The notes under the pieces are model-generated. The model had not been told where the DNA came from, did no database searches, and was given only the letters and a program-made list of their open reading frames with translations. A stretch of 64,000 nt of DNA. Origin: Patescibacteria group bacterium (GTDB lineage Bacteria; Patescibacteriota; Microgenomatia; UBA8517). The position numbers and the translations under genes were made by a program. Below are positions 9,549-19,367 of the stretch, piece by piece. Location of the stretch: the NCBI GenBank assembly GCA_026416845.1, contig JAOAEL010000004.1:11271-75270 (forward strand), read 5' to 3'. Numbering within the stretch: the first letter of the stretch is position 1; every line of letters begins with the position of its first letter.

Positions 9549-10829
9549 ATGCTTAGGAGTCAAAATATTTATCTTCCAAAAGGCACTATTGTACCAAATC
9601 ATATAGCTATAGTAATGGATGGGAATGGCCGTTGGGCCCGTTCTAGAGGATTGACTCCAACTAAAGGTCATGAAGCTGGCGCAAAAGCTATTTTCGAGAT
9701 TATAAAAGCCTCTCGTGATTTTGGAGTTCACACGCTTACTTTGTGGGGATTTTCAACTGAGAATTGGAAAAGACCTCCAAAAGAAGTTGCCAAAATTTTG
9801 TCTATTGTTTTGTTTTATTTAAATAAAGAAAAAGAAACTTTTAAGAAAGAAGGCGTGAGGCTTGTGCATTTGGGCAGAAAAGAAAAACTTCCCTTTGAGC
9901 TTAGAAACACAATTACTAAGATAGAAAAGGAAACTAAAAATCACACTAATTACATTCTTAATCTTGCAATTGATTATGGGGGGAGAGACGAGATAATTAG
10001 AGCGGTTCAAAAAATGATTAAAGATGGTATTTCACCTCAAGAAGTAACAGAAGAAAAGTTTGCTTCGTATTTGGACACAGCTGATCAGCCATATCCGTAT
10101 CCTGATTTGTTTATTCGAACTTCTGGGGAGCAAAGAACGAGTGGTTTTCTGCCTTGGCAAATGACTTATACGGAGTTTTATTTTGAGGAAGATCATTTGC
10201 CTGATATGACTGTTGAGAAACTGAAAGCCGCTATTCTTGACTTTAGCAGACGCAGAAGACGTTTTGGCGCGAAAGATAAGGTTGTGCATTTTACTTTTAA
10301 ACCCGAAGTTACTGCCAAGCTGGAGCTTGCGTGGTGGAGACTTGCCAACATTCCTGAAGGCAAAGGCTTTACGCAGTATGCAATTGAACATGTTAAAGAA
10401 CAATTTGGTATTTCTGGTTCTTTGGCAAAGCAAGCCGCGGTTTTGATGACAGAAGCTGTTTTGGAAGGCAAAAAAAGCAAATGGCAAAAAGCCAAGTCTA
10501 GACTTGTTGCGTTTTACAAATTATTAAAAAGTGAATTGAAGCTGGCATTTGAACCATCTCTTGCGGCTTCTTTGGAAGTTAAGTTCTGGCAGGAAACGAA
10601 TGGAAAAGAATCCGCTTCGGAAGTTCATAGCATAGAAAATACGGCAAGTCAGCTTTATGCGGAAGTGTACAGGATTTCGCTTCTTCAAGCTGCGAAACTT
10701 GCCCGTTTGAGAGTTCTGGCGGCGATAGAAATGAATTTGGCAGTAAAAGGTATGGGAGATTATCATTGGGCTAAAGCTGAAGATTATTTGGCAAAATTTT
10801 ATACGGAGTTAAAACGAAGAGTCGCTTAA
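9549..10829 (+). CDS. uppS: Undecaprenyl-diphosphate synthase (cis-prenyltransferase) with about 190-aa C-terminal extension of unknown function
   Basis: N-terminal HIAIVMDGNGRWA and downstream cis-IPTase core (about 230 aa); residues about 240-426 have no recognisable motif (helical, K/A/E-rich). Confidence 0.8.
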   Translation: MLRSQNIYLPKGTIVPNHIAIVMDGNGRWARSRGLTPTKGHEAGAKAIFEIIKASRDFGVHTLTLWGFSTENWKRPPKEVAKILSIVLFYLNKEKETFKKEGVRLVHLGRKEKLPFELRNTITKIEKETKNHTNYILNLAIDYGGRDEIIRAVQKMIKDGISPQEVTEEKFASYLDTADQPYPYPDLFIRTSGEQRTSGFLPWQMTYTEFYFEEDHLPDMTVEKLKAAILDFSRRRRRFGAKDKVVHFTFKPEVTAKLELAWWRLANIPEGKGFTQYAIEHVKEQFGISGSLAKQAAVLMTEAVLEGKKSKWQKAKSRLVAFYKLLKSELKLAFEPSLAASLEVKFWQETNGKESASEVHSIENTASQLYAEVYRISLLQAAKLARLRVLAAIEMNLAVKGMGDYHWAKAEDYLAKFYTELKRRVA

Positions 10830-10880
10830 AGCTTGTTAGTTTCCAAAAGGTTCTAAATTAGATATTCCAAAAACAGGTTT

Positions 10881-12689
10881 TTAAATCAAACTTAAATCTG
10901 TGGCTAATTTTTCCGTTTCAGTTAACAGTTCTGCGATTTCTTTTATTCCTTTTTCCCAGAATTCTTTTTTAGTTATGTCTATTTGAAGTTTTGCAAATAT
11001 ATTCTTTGGTGAATCGCTTTTGCCCGCGCTTAAGAATTCTTTTACTTTTTCTATAAATTTTTTATTTTGTTTTACTGAGGCTTGCAAAGACTTGCTTATC
11101 AAAAGGCCACTGGCGTATGAATACACATAGAAAAAATATCTGAAATGATGCACATAAATCCACCAATTCTCAGATCCGGGATCTTGCGACACAGCTTTTC
11201 CCATGTAACTTACCATGTGTTTTTGAAACATTTGACCAATTTCTTCTTTGGACAAATATCCTTTTTGGCGGAAAATATCATGCAGTTCAAGTTCGAAATT
11301 ATAAAATGCGATTTGTCTGAAAATTGTTGAGACATAATCATTAAGTTTTGCCATCATTAGCGATAGTCTGGTTTTTTGATCGGCATCTTGTATTAATTCT
11401 TGGAAAACGAAATCTTCAAAGAATGTGCTTGCCACTTCTGCGGTGGATGTAGGTGTTCCAAAGTTAATCTCGTTCTGCCTTTTTCGTATAAGTTCATTGT
11501 TGATCCCATGACCCAGCTCATGTGCCAATGTTGTTACATTATCAAACTCTCCCGTATGGTTAAGAAGTATGTATGTTGGAGTTGAGAGTGTTTGTGTTGT
11601 TGCAAAAGCTCCGTTTGCCTTGCCCTTTTTTGGGAATACGTCTATCTGACCATTTTCTTCAAAGTTAACAAAAATTTCCAAGAATTCTTTGTCAAGATTT
11701 TCTAAGACTTTTTTTACCAATCTTGACGCCTTCTCATAATCATACTTTTTGTTTACTTTGCCAAGCAGAATTGGGACATTTCTTTCATGATACGCAAGTT
11801 TGTCAACGCCCATTAGTTTGGCTTTTAGTAAGTAATACTTTTGAGATATGTCAAAATTTTTCGAGACTGTTTCAACCAGAGTTTTAACCACATCTGAATC
11901 TATATCGTCTGCCAAATGTCGTGCTTCGTCTGGTTTTTTGAATCCTCTTAATTCGTCGGTGATTTTTTTATATTGCAAAACTGAGTTTAGTTCATTTTCG
12001 GCAACTTCGGCATGTTTGGCTAAAATTTCATTAAATGCTTTTGCCGCGCTATTTCGCACTGATTTTTTCGAGCTGTTCATTAGGTTTAGTATTTCAGCAA
12101 AGCTTCTTGGTTTTAGTTTTTCAGATTCATCTTTTAGATTCTTTTCCTCTTTTGCCAAAAAGGAAGATAGCATTCTCGTCCAGTTATTGTAAGCAAGCGG
12201 AGAAAGGGTGTTTAGGATTTTTTCTTCAGGTTCAGTTAATAAATAATTTGCGCTTTCAAATAATTTTTCCAAGAAGTGTTTGTATGGCGTAAGAAATTTG
12301 CTTTTTAAGAATTTGCTTTGAGATTTTTTATCAACTTTTGAGATTCTGTGTGTAAAAAACTGCATCTGATTTTCAATCTTTATGGCAAATTCAGTCGCTT
12401 TGTTTACTTCCGCTTTTATTTGTGGGTTTTCTTGATCAAGAGACTGCCATAGATGATAGTAAAACATTTCTTTTGTGTTTGCGCCGTAGTTGGTAAGCCA
12501 GTTGGCATATTCGTCAAGCGCTTGTTTTAAGATTTCAGGTTTTTTCAGGTAGTCTTTGTTGTCTTGCCACTTTTGGACGAATTCTTTTGTTTTTTCTTCG
12601 ACAATGGTTCTTGTTTTTGATATTTCTTTCTTATCTTTGAATAGCAGTGTTAAGTTCCAGGAAGTTTTCATACAGAAAGATTTTATCAT
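10881..12689 (-). CDS. pepF: Oligoendopeptidase F (M3B family metallopeptidase)
   Basis: HExxH zinc motif in LAHELGHGIN; length about 600 aa and overall M3B architecture. Confidence 0.8.
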   Translation of the reverse strand: MIKSFCMKTSWNLTLLFKDKKEISKTRTIVEEKTKEFVQKWQDNKDYLKKPEILKQALDEYANWLTNYGANTKEMFYYHLWQSLDQENPQIKAEVNKATEFAIKIENQMQFFTHRISKVDKKSQSKFLKSKFLTPYKHFLEKLFESANYLLTEPEEKILNTLSPLAYNNWTRMLSSFLAKEEKNLKDESEKLKPRSFAEILNLMNSSKKSVRNSAAKAFNEILAKHAEVAENELNSVLQYKKITDELRGFKKPDEARHLADDIDSDVVKTLVETVSKNFDISQKYYLLKAKLMGVDKLAYHERNVPILLGKVNKKYDYEKASRLVKKVLENLDKEFLEIFVNFEENGQIDVFPKKGKANGAFATTQTLSTPTYILLNHTGEFDNVTTLAHELGHGINNELIRKRQNEINFGTPTSTAEVASTFFEDFVFQELIQDADQKTRLSLMMAKLNDYVSTIFRQIAFYNFELELHDIFRQKGYLSKEEIGQMFQKHMVSYMGKAVSQDPGSENWWIYVHHFRYFFYVYSYASGLLISKSLQASVKQNKKFIEKVKEFLSAGKSDSPKNIFAKLQIDITKKEFWEKGIKEIAELLTETEKLATDLSLI

Positions 12690-12770
12690 ATCAATAATTT
12701 AGAAAATTTTTAGAAATACCTTATGTGCTAGAATACAACTTGAATTAAGTCGAAGGCCTTTTTTGAAAAA

Positions 12771-12841
12771 CGGGGTATAGTTTAACGGTAGAATGGGCGC
12801 ATGGGGTGCGTCCGGCGCAGGTTCAATTCCTGCTACCCCGA
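12771..12841 (+). tRNA. tRNA (folds as tRNA-Pro, anticodon GGG by my manual fold)
   Basis: Cloverleaf by hand: acceptor CGGGGTA/TACCCCG, T-arm GCAGG-TTCAATT-CCTGC, anticodon arm GGCGC-AUGGGGU-GCGUC giving U33-GGG-G37; no encoded CCA. Identity less certain than existence. Confidence 0.7.
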
Positions 12842-12936
12842 CTTAAATCTAAAGGAATAACATTTGTTATTTTTTACTTGCAAAATTTTCTTTAATCTTT
12901 AATTTGTTTAGATTTAAAATCATTTTTTTACTTGCT

Positions 12937-13578
12937 TTATTGTCTACATTTTGCCCAAAGCCCTACTGAGCCTGCTTTGGCTTTTTCTTGAGCATTTTTT
13001 AGTAGTGTCTGATATTTAACATCAGGAGGATATGTGATTGCGTATGCATAACCTTCAAGTACTAAATATTCATTCACAAACAAATCATTCACATAAACAT
13101 ATCTTAGTAATCTGCCGTATTTGTCTTTTTCGGAAACATCTTTTTCTAAAAATATTTCTTTGCCTTCTACCAATTCTTTGTTTTTCTTAAACGCTTCTTG
13201 ACCAAAACACTCAACACCTTTCCTTGCATCTTTTGTTTCCGGGGTGTTAATGCCTATGTATCGCACTATTTGTCTATTTTCCAGCTCAATTGTATCTCCG
13301 TCTATAACTTTTTTTACTTTTGCTTTTTCTTTGTTTTCTTTTGAATTTTGGTGGGTATTAGTTATTGGTGTGTTTGTTTGATTGTTTGCGTTTTCATTTG
13401 CTTGCGTTTTGTTTTGTTTTTCTATCTCCGAATTTGAATTTTGAAGATTTTGGCTTTCTTTATTGGTTTCTTGGAGTTGCGTAAACAAAGTTTCAATTAT
13501 GATTGCCAAAATTAGTAGTATCAAAACCGGCAAGGTGATTTTTTTTGATTTTAGTATCTGAAGAATCGTTTTTTGCAT
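12937..13578 (-). CDS. Secreted/membrane-anchored thermonuclease (SNase-like)
   Basis: N-terminal TM/signal (LPVLILLILAIII), Asn/Gln/Thr-rich linker, then SNase core KVIDGDTIEL...RYIGINTPE...GRLLRYVYV. Confidence 0.8.
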   Translation of the reverse strand: MQKTILQILKSKKITLPVLILLILAIIIETLFTQLQETNKESQNLQNSNSEIEKQNKTQANENANNQTNTPITNTHQNSKENKEKAKVKKVIDGDTIELENRQIVRYIGINTPETKDARKGVECFGQEAFKKNKELVEGKEIFLEKDVSEKDKYGRLLRYVYVNDLFVNEYLVLEGYAYAITYPPDVKYQTLLKNAQEKAKAGSVGLWAKCRQ

Positions 13579-13800
13579 GCTTTTTTAGATCTAAATTTTA
13601 AACATAATATACGCTTTGGTTTTTCAATAAAAGGTTGGTTGTGCATTTAGGGTATATACTCCTAATCTACTATTATTGAAAATTGAAAACAAACTTATTA
13701 TGAAGTACAATTTTGAGATTGCATGTGTGTTGACGGCAATGCAAATTGCTTTTAGAATAAGAAAACAAGCTATTATTACAAGTGTAAAAATTTCAAAGTA

Positions 13801-14049
13801 ATGTTGCAAAAATCTAGGCTTTTTTTGTCCGTGTCTGTAGTTGCTAATTTGATTTTGTTAGTAGTTTGCTTTGTTTTAGTTTATTGGCTTATTCAGCACA
13901 GACACCACGAAAGTTTGATTATAGATAACAATCAGGCAATAGTAGAGGTTGTGCAAGCCTTTGATTCAAGCGAAGTGGTTGGAGATCAAGTTGAAATTGG
14001 ACCGTGGGGTCCTCCGGTTGAAGAAATGAAAAAACACAGAAAGTGGTAA
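13801..14049 (+). CDS. Small membrane protein (hypothetical)
   Basis: 82-aa ORF with one strong TM helix, ending 5 nt before the large secreted protein gene; no homology recognisable. Confidence 0.3.
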   Translation: MLQKSRLFLSVSVVANLILLVVCFVLVYWLIQHRHHESLIIDNNQAIVEVVQAFDSSEVVGDQVEIGPWGPPVEEMKKHRKW

Positions 14050-14053
14050 TTTT

Positions 14054-15736
14054 ATGAGATCTTTTAAGTTGTTATTTTTTCTTTGTATATTTTGCTTGGT
14101 TTTTTTGTTTGCTTCTTCAACGTTTGCGCAAGTTTCAATTCCTACATATTTTCTAAAGAGTGGTAAAAATAATGTTATATGTGGACAAGGGCCAATGCGT
14201 CTTAGGTGGCTTGATTCTGCGCGTAAAACCTTGCAAATAACTTGTCCGGAAGGTATTGCACTTTCTCCTACTTTGACCTCTACAAGCACACCCGTGCCTA
14301 CTAGTTCTCACGCTGGGCATGAAGGTGTGACTACAGGAACACCTACGCGATCGCAAGTTTCTCCTACGCAAACGCCGCGTCCCACCTCAACACCCACAAT
14401 GGTACCTGAAAACGGTAGTCATAATGGAAATGGTTTTGGACGTGGCACCGGCAATTATGGTCAAGAAGTGGGAATCAATCTAGATAGACTAAATCAGCTC
14501 AAAGCAGAAGCGACTGCTGGCAGGTATGCGCGCCTTTGCACGAATGCGGAACATGACAGAACCAAGTGGCATTCTTTGGTAAATCCTGAAGCAAATTGCC
14601 ATTATGATCATCACCATGGTGATGATCCTTGGTATGTTGCAGATATTTTTGGTCCTCCTGGAGCTTGGTTTGGACATTCGGGCTGGTCCATATCTTTCCC
14701 TTGGCAAACATTTAGGGCTACAAGTGCTTATGAATCAAGTGATGTACATGTAGCCAGAAAAGAAATGGAAAATGATTTAAAGCACGAAGGTTATATTTGG
14801 ATAGTGAGGCGAAATCTGCCTTGTCAAGGTGGCAAAAATTGTGTTACAGATTACAGATTGCAAGTTCATGCAATGATGGGCGCAGGTGATTTTCCTGTTA
14901 GGTATCATTCTTTTTCAGTAGAGATGAGAGTTTGTGTTGACAAATCAAGGCCTGAAACTTGTGGAATAGCAAGAAAAGGTGGTTGGGCAGATCATGGCAG
15001 ACTATTTACTACTCCCGTAAATAATAATGGTGGTGCTATTGCCAATTGCGGTAATTCTCCAACTGATATTCATATACCTGTTCCTGCTGATAATTTATTC
15101 TTTAGGCTAGAAACAGAAGAGGAAAAGCCATGGGATGAGATTAGGTGTCATCCTCAGTTGAACTTGTCGGGAGTTAGAAGAAGAGAGGATGCTATTAATC
15201 CACTTTCTCCACTTCTTGATCCTCGACTTGAACTTGCGCATTGGTGGGCTAAATCAGGTGGCCCAACAGAATTGAGATTTCAGGTTTTATCTTATGATCC
15301 TGTAAGCAACATAAATCCTCGTAACCCTGGTCAGTGGTTACTATTTTGTGATCCAAACGCTCCTGCGTGTGATTTTAGCGCTTCGAAGTTTTCTGCTATC
15401 TTGGGGTATATTCAGCTATTTCGTTCTCGGTGGAGCTCTAGCGTCGGAGGCATAGACTTGAATTTAGACCCTGATGGTAATGGTATTTTGGATATAAACT
15501 ACTATACTGATAGGTGGGGATTGCCTGTGGCGGGATGCACAAAAGCAAGTCTTGATTGTATTCCTGTACAGCTAAGTGGTATTAGGCTTAATGGTATATT
15601 TATTGAAGGGGAAGGAGGCTATGCGCAAACAGACCATCCAATAGATGGCGGGAGACCTGCCAACCATGACATATCCCCTGCTGGCAAACAATGGGTTACT
15701 TGGTTTTATAGGCACGCGGGCTTGATGCATTATTAG
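14054..15736 (+). CDS. Large secreted Cys-rich protein, unknown function
   Basis: Signal peptide (LLFFLCIFCLVFLFASSTFAQ), Thr/Ser/Pro-rich linker, many Cys, His-rich motif HYDHHHGDDPWY; locally higher GC than neighbours. Confidence 0.7.
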   Translation: MRSFKLLFFLCIFCLVFLFASSTFAQVSIPTYFLKSGKNNVICGQGPMRLRWLDSARKTLQITCPEGIALSPTLTSTSTPVPTSSHAGHEGVTTGTPTRSQVSPTQTPRPTSTPTMVPENGSHNGNGFGRGTGNYGQEVGINLDRLNQLKAEATAGRYARLCTNAEHDRTKWHSLVNPEANCHYDHHHGDDPWYVADIFGPPGAWFGHSGWSISFPWQTFRATSAYESSDVHVARKEMENDLKHEGYIWIVRRNLPCQGGKNCVTDYRLQVHAMMGAGDFPVRYHSFSVEMRVCVDKSRPETCGIARKGGWADHGRLFTTPVNNNGGAIANCGNSPTDIHIPVPADNLFFRLETEEEKPWDEIRCHPQLNLSGVRRREDAINPLSPLLDPRLELAHWWAKSGGPTELRFQVLSYDPVSNINPRNPGQWLLFCDPNAPACDFSASKFSAILGYIQLFRSRWSSSVGGIDLNLDPDGNGILDINYYTDRWGLPVAGCTKASLDCIPVQLSGIRLNGIFIEGEGGYAQTDHPIDGGRPANHDISPAGKQWVTWFYRHAGLMHY

Positions 15737-15990
15737 TTTGTTTCTGTTGTTAGTTTTTAACTTCTTTCTAGATTCATCATTTAGGTTTTGTATATTAGGG
15801 GTTGTTTTTGTTCTGGATTTTTATTAGTACCAAATAAAATATAGGTTTTATTTTCTTAACTGCCACTTTATTTTTACTTGCAAAATCTAAATATTACGTG
15901 CTTTGATTAGGCAACCAAACGGTTTAAAATACATGTTAATGTTTCTGGATAGGTAAAGTTGTTTTAGAAAACACGCGATTTTTTCTTTTC

Positions 15991-18432
15991 ATGACAAACA
16001 AGGTAAAAAGCAAAGAAGACAAATTTTACCAAGCACTGCAGGATGTTTTTATTGGGGCAAAGATAGAGGGTAAAGGTGGCTTTGTCAACCTGATGAAGAT
16101 AAAGTCAAACTACTACCGCAAAATTGAACAGCTGTTGAAATCTGACATTGAAAAAGCGTTGGAAGTCTACCCTTCTTTTAGAGACGAGCTTTTTGACAAG
16201 CTTTACTCATTCTTCAGTCGCTACTTTAGCGAAAGCGGTTCTATCTATTTCAACCAAACACCGTTTCACAACAATGTTTACGAAAAGGTTTACACAGAAG
16301 ATAAAGATGTAATCCTCTTCTGGAAGACACAGATGCTTTATTATGTCAAAACTGACAGAGTTTTCAGGAACTTGGAAGTTGAGATTGATGGATTTAAGTT
16401 TTACTTTGATGTGTCAAATCTTGAACACAAGAAGGCAAACGAAAAAAGAACGCTTATTTTTGGATTAAAAAAAGTCAGAGAGGATAAGACAATTGAAATT
16501 GCTGTTTCTTATTCTGAAAAGGGCACGAAAACAAAGACTGAAGAAATACTAAAAACTCTCAAAAAAGAAGGCATTCAGATGAACGAAGAGCAATTGGAGC
16601 GCGCCTTTAGATTTTTTGAAAGACAGAGTGAGGTTGATTTTTTTATCAACAAAAACGCAAAAAGCTTTTTGCAGGAGCAATTTAAACTCTGGAGTTACCA
16701 ATATTTCTGGGAAGGGGCGAAGGAGTGGACAGCTGACAGAGTGAACCAGTTACAGATTTTGAAAGATGTTGCGTTTAAGATAATTGATTTTATTGCTCAA
16801 TTTGAAGATGAGCTGGTGAAGATCTGGAACAAGCCCAAGTTTGTCAAAAATTCAAGCTATGTGGTTACTCTGGACAGGTTAAAGGACATACTGCTTATAA
16901 AAAGAATTCTTGAGCACAAAAATATTGCTGAGCAGATAAAGGAGTGGAAAGAGTTAGGGATAGTAGAGGAAGGTTTTCAAGTTCAAGATGTTTTTGAAAA
17001 TAGCCTTGAAGGTGAACGTTTGGCCAAGAAGTATGAGCACTTGCCAATTCACACAAAATATTTCAAAGACTTGGAACTTGAAATTTTGGGACAGTTTGAA
17101 AACCTTGATCAGTCACTTGATGGATGGCTTATCAAGAGCGAAAACTATCAGGCGCTAAACACAATCCTTCCGAAATTCAAAGAGAAAGTACAGACCATCT
17201 ACATTGATCCACCGTTTAATTTGGACTCATCGGACCAGTTTATATATCGCACAAACTACAAAGATGCCAACTGGGCAACACTGCTTGAAAACCGACTACG
17301 TATTGCGCGAGAGTGGTTAAATGAAAAGGGAAGCATTTTTGTGAGATGTGATTATAATGGTAATTGGATTGTACGGTGTCTTATGGACAATCTGTTTGGA
17401 AAAGAGAATTTTAGAAATGAGATAATTTTGAAAAGAGCAGGCGTTCCCCAACCAGAACAATACAACCTTAGGTTTAATCCTTACACAGAAACGCTATTTT
17501 TATTTAGCACTTCAGAACTATTTAGATTAAAACAAATTAGAATTCCTAGGAAGCAATTAAATCAGATACCAATGCACATGCCCAAAGAAAACAAAAATAG
17601 AGTTTCTGTAATCATAAATGGTGAAGAATTTTTCGCTCCAAAAGGTAGACACTTCCCATCTCAAGATTATGTAAATCAGTTATTAGCAGAGGGCAGAATA
17701 AAGATAATCGAGAAAGAATATATAGATGTTAGAGGTATAAAAAGGCATAAGATTCCCTATTTTTTACCCAAGGGTTTTGATTTAATCGACACTAATTGGA
17801 CTGAGATTGCGGGATATTCCTCAACTCATGGTTTTTCGACTGAGAATTCTGAAATTCTTCTTAAGCGTGTTATAGAATCTGCTTCTAATGGAGGCAATTT
17901 AATCCTTGACTTCTTCCTCGGCTCAGGCACAACTACAGCAGTAGCTCACAAACTTGGCAGAAAATGGATTGGTGTTGAGATGGGAGAGCATTTTTGGACA
18001 GTGGTTTTACCAAGAATGAAAAGAGTTTTGGCCTATGACAAATCAGGCATTTCGAAAGAAGTCAAAGAATATCAAGGCGGCGGATTCTTCAAATACTACG
18101 AGCTTGAGCAATATGAGGAAGCATTAGCAAATTGTAAATATGAAGATGGAGATTTGTTTACCGCCCCGGGCAGAAGCCCGTATCAGGAATATGTTTTCTT
18201 GAAAGATGAAAAAATTCTGAAAGCTTTGGAGATTGATTATGAGAATGGCAAGGTGAAAGTAAATTTGGATGAACTTTACCCCAACATTGATATTGCCGAG
18301 ACTCTGTCTAACTTAACCGGCAAGTGGATTAAAAAAATCAGCGACGGTGAGGTGGAATTTGAAGACGGGACAAGAATAAATACCAAAGATTTGGATTACA
18401 AACTCATTAAGCCGTTAATTTGGTGGGAATAA
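15991..18432 (+). CDS. Type-III-like DNA adenine-N6 methyltransferase (Mod) with about 390-aa N-terminal extension
   Basis: Beta-class MTase motif order: motif IV IYIDPPFN (about aa 405), then motif I FFLGSGTT (about aa 640); adjacent Res-like gene. Confidence 0.75.
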   Translation: MTNKVKSKEDKFYQALQDVFIGAKIEGKGGFVNLMKIKSNYYRKIEQLLKSDIEKALEVYPSFRDELFDKLYSFFSRYFSESGSIYFNQTPFHNNVYEKVYTEDKDVILFWKTQMLYYVKTDRVFRNLEVEIDGFKFYFDVSNLEHKKANEKRTLIFGLKKVREDKTIEIAVSYSEKGTKTKTEEILKTLKKEGIQMNEEQLERAFRFFERQSEVDFFINKNAKSFLQEQFKLWSYQYFWEGAKEWTADRVNQLQILKDVAFKIIDFIAQFEDELVKIWNKPKFVKNSSYVVTLDRLKDILLIKRILEHKNIAEQIKEWKELGIVEEGFQVQDVFENSLEGERLAKKYEHLPIHTKYFKDLELEILGQFENLDQSLDGWLIKSENYQALNTILPKFKEKVQTIYIDPPFNLDSSDQFIYRTNYKDANWATLLENRLRIAREWLNEKGSIFVRCDYNGNWIVRCLMDNLFGKENFRNEIILKRAGVPQPEQYNLRFNPYTETLFLFSTSELFRLKQIRIPRKQLNQIPMHMPKENKNRVSVIINGEEFFAPKGRHFPSQDYVNQLLAEGRIKIIEKEYIDVRGIKRHKIPYFLPKGFDLIDTNWTEIAGYSSTHGFSTENSEILLKRVIESASNGGNLILDFFLGSGTTTAVAHKLGRKWIGVEMGEHFWTVVLPRMKRVLAYDKSGISKEVKEYQGGGFFKYYELEQYEEALANCKYEDGDLFTAPGRSPYQEYVFLKDEKILKALEIDYENGKVKVNLDELYPNIDIAETLSNLTGKWIKKISDGEVEFEDGTRINTKDLDYKLIKPLIWWE

Positions 18433-18436
18433 CCTT

Positions 18437-19354
18437 ATGCTTTATAAAGTTTTTATAGACGACAGCGGAAAAAAAGAATATAAAAATCCTTATTCCAAAG
18501 ATTTTATTGCTCACCCTCCACCTTTTGAAAAATACGAAGAATTTTGGCGCGATAATTATTTCGTTTTGTGCGGTGTGCGGATTAAGCAAGAAGATCTAAA
18601 AATAATAAATTCTGAAATTAATCAATTAAAAAAGGAGTACTTTGGGACACATAGGGTTGAAATCAAGTCTGACTGGTTGCGTAACCCTCACAAAAGAAAA
18701 AGACGTTATTTAATCCCCTTTAAGATTTCACCTGAGAGGCTAAACGAGTTTGGGGAAAAATTTATAGACTTAATTGGGCTATACAAGGAGCAATTGAAAA
18801 TTTTAGCTGTTGTATTTGATAAAAGGTTTTACGGAGACAACAAGCGTCAGAAAGCCGAAGGTAAACCACTTTTAAAAACAGCACAGGTTTTATTTGAACG
18901 CGTGCAATATTCTGCTGGGTACAACATTGTTATTTTCGACCAAATGGAATCTTCTTTGAAATTGTCTAAAGGAGATCATGACAAAATTTTAAACGTATTT
19001 CAAAAAAATTGTGGAATGGAAAAAATCTTCGTAGATAAATATGACAAAATTATTGACATAAAATTTATGAGATCATGTGATGAAAATTTTTTACAGGTGG
19101 CTGACATTTGTGCATATAATGTTTTTCATCAATTTGTAAAATTTGGTAGAGATTGGACGGGAAAAACTAAATCCAAGGAAGGGAAAGCAACCATGAACTT
19201 TTACCCGTATTTTGACAGAATCAGATGTAATTTTCTTTACGCTCCTTCAAATATGCAAGTTAGAGGTATTGGCCTTACTTGTATTCCAGATATTGATAAA
19301 ATTAACTGGGATTTGTTAGAAGGATGTTTTGATGACAAAAAAACTTCGCATTGA
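18437..19354 (+). CDS. DUF3800-like protein (hypothetical), inserted between mod and res
   Basis: N-terminal VFIDDSGKK resembles the hallmark hydrophobic-x-IDESG start of DUF3800 proteins; 4-nt spacing from mod stop implies co-transcription. Confidence 0.5.
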   Translation: MLYKVFIDDSGKKEYKNPYSKDFIAHPPPFEKYEEFWRDNYFVLCGVRIKQEDLKIINSEINQLKKEYFGTHRVEIKSDWLRNPHKRKRRYLIPFKISPERLNEFGEKFIDLIGLYKEQLKILAVVFDKRFYGDNKRQKAEGKPLLKTAQVLFERVQYSAGYNIVIFDQMESSLKLSKGDHDKILNVFQKNCGMEKIFVDKYDKIIDIKFMRSCDENFLQVADICAYNVFHQFVKFGRDWTGKTKSKEGKATMNFYPYFDRIRCNFLYAPSNMQVRGIGLTCIPDIDKINWDLLEGCFDDKKTSH

Positions 19355-19367
19355 GCGAAGTTTTTTT
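19342..19367 (+). terminator. Strong rho-independent terminator overlapping the DUF3800 stop codon
   Basis: AACTTCGC-ATTGA-GCGAAGTT perfect 8-bp stem followed by TTTTTTT; TGA stop sits in the loop. Confidence 0.7.

Noticed and set aside
10032-10766. Several minus-strand ORFs (151, 100, 80 aa) and a plus-strand 69-aa ORF within uppS
   Set aside because: Overlap the UppS catalytic domain and extension; hydrophobic and Cys-rich low-complexity translations typical of antisense frames.
14153-14711. Minus-strand ORFs (72, 72, 70 aa; Arg/Cys/His-rich) inside the secreted protein gene
   Set aside because: Arise from the GC-richer composition of that gene; no support as independent genes.
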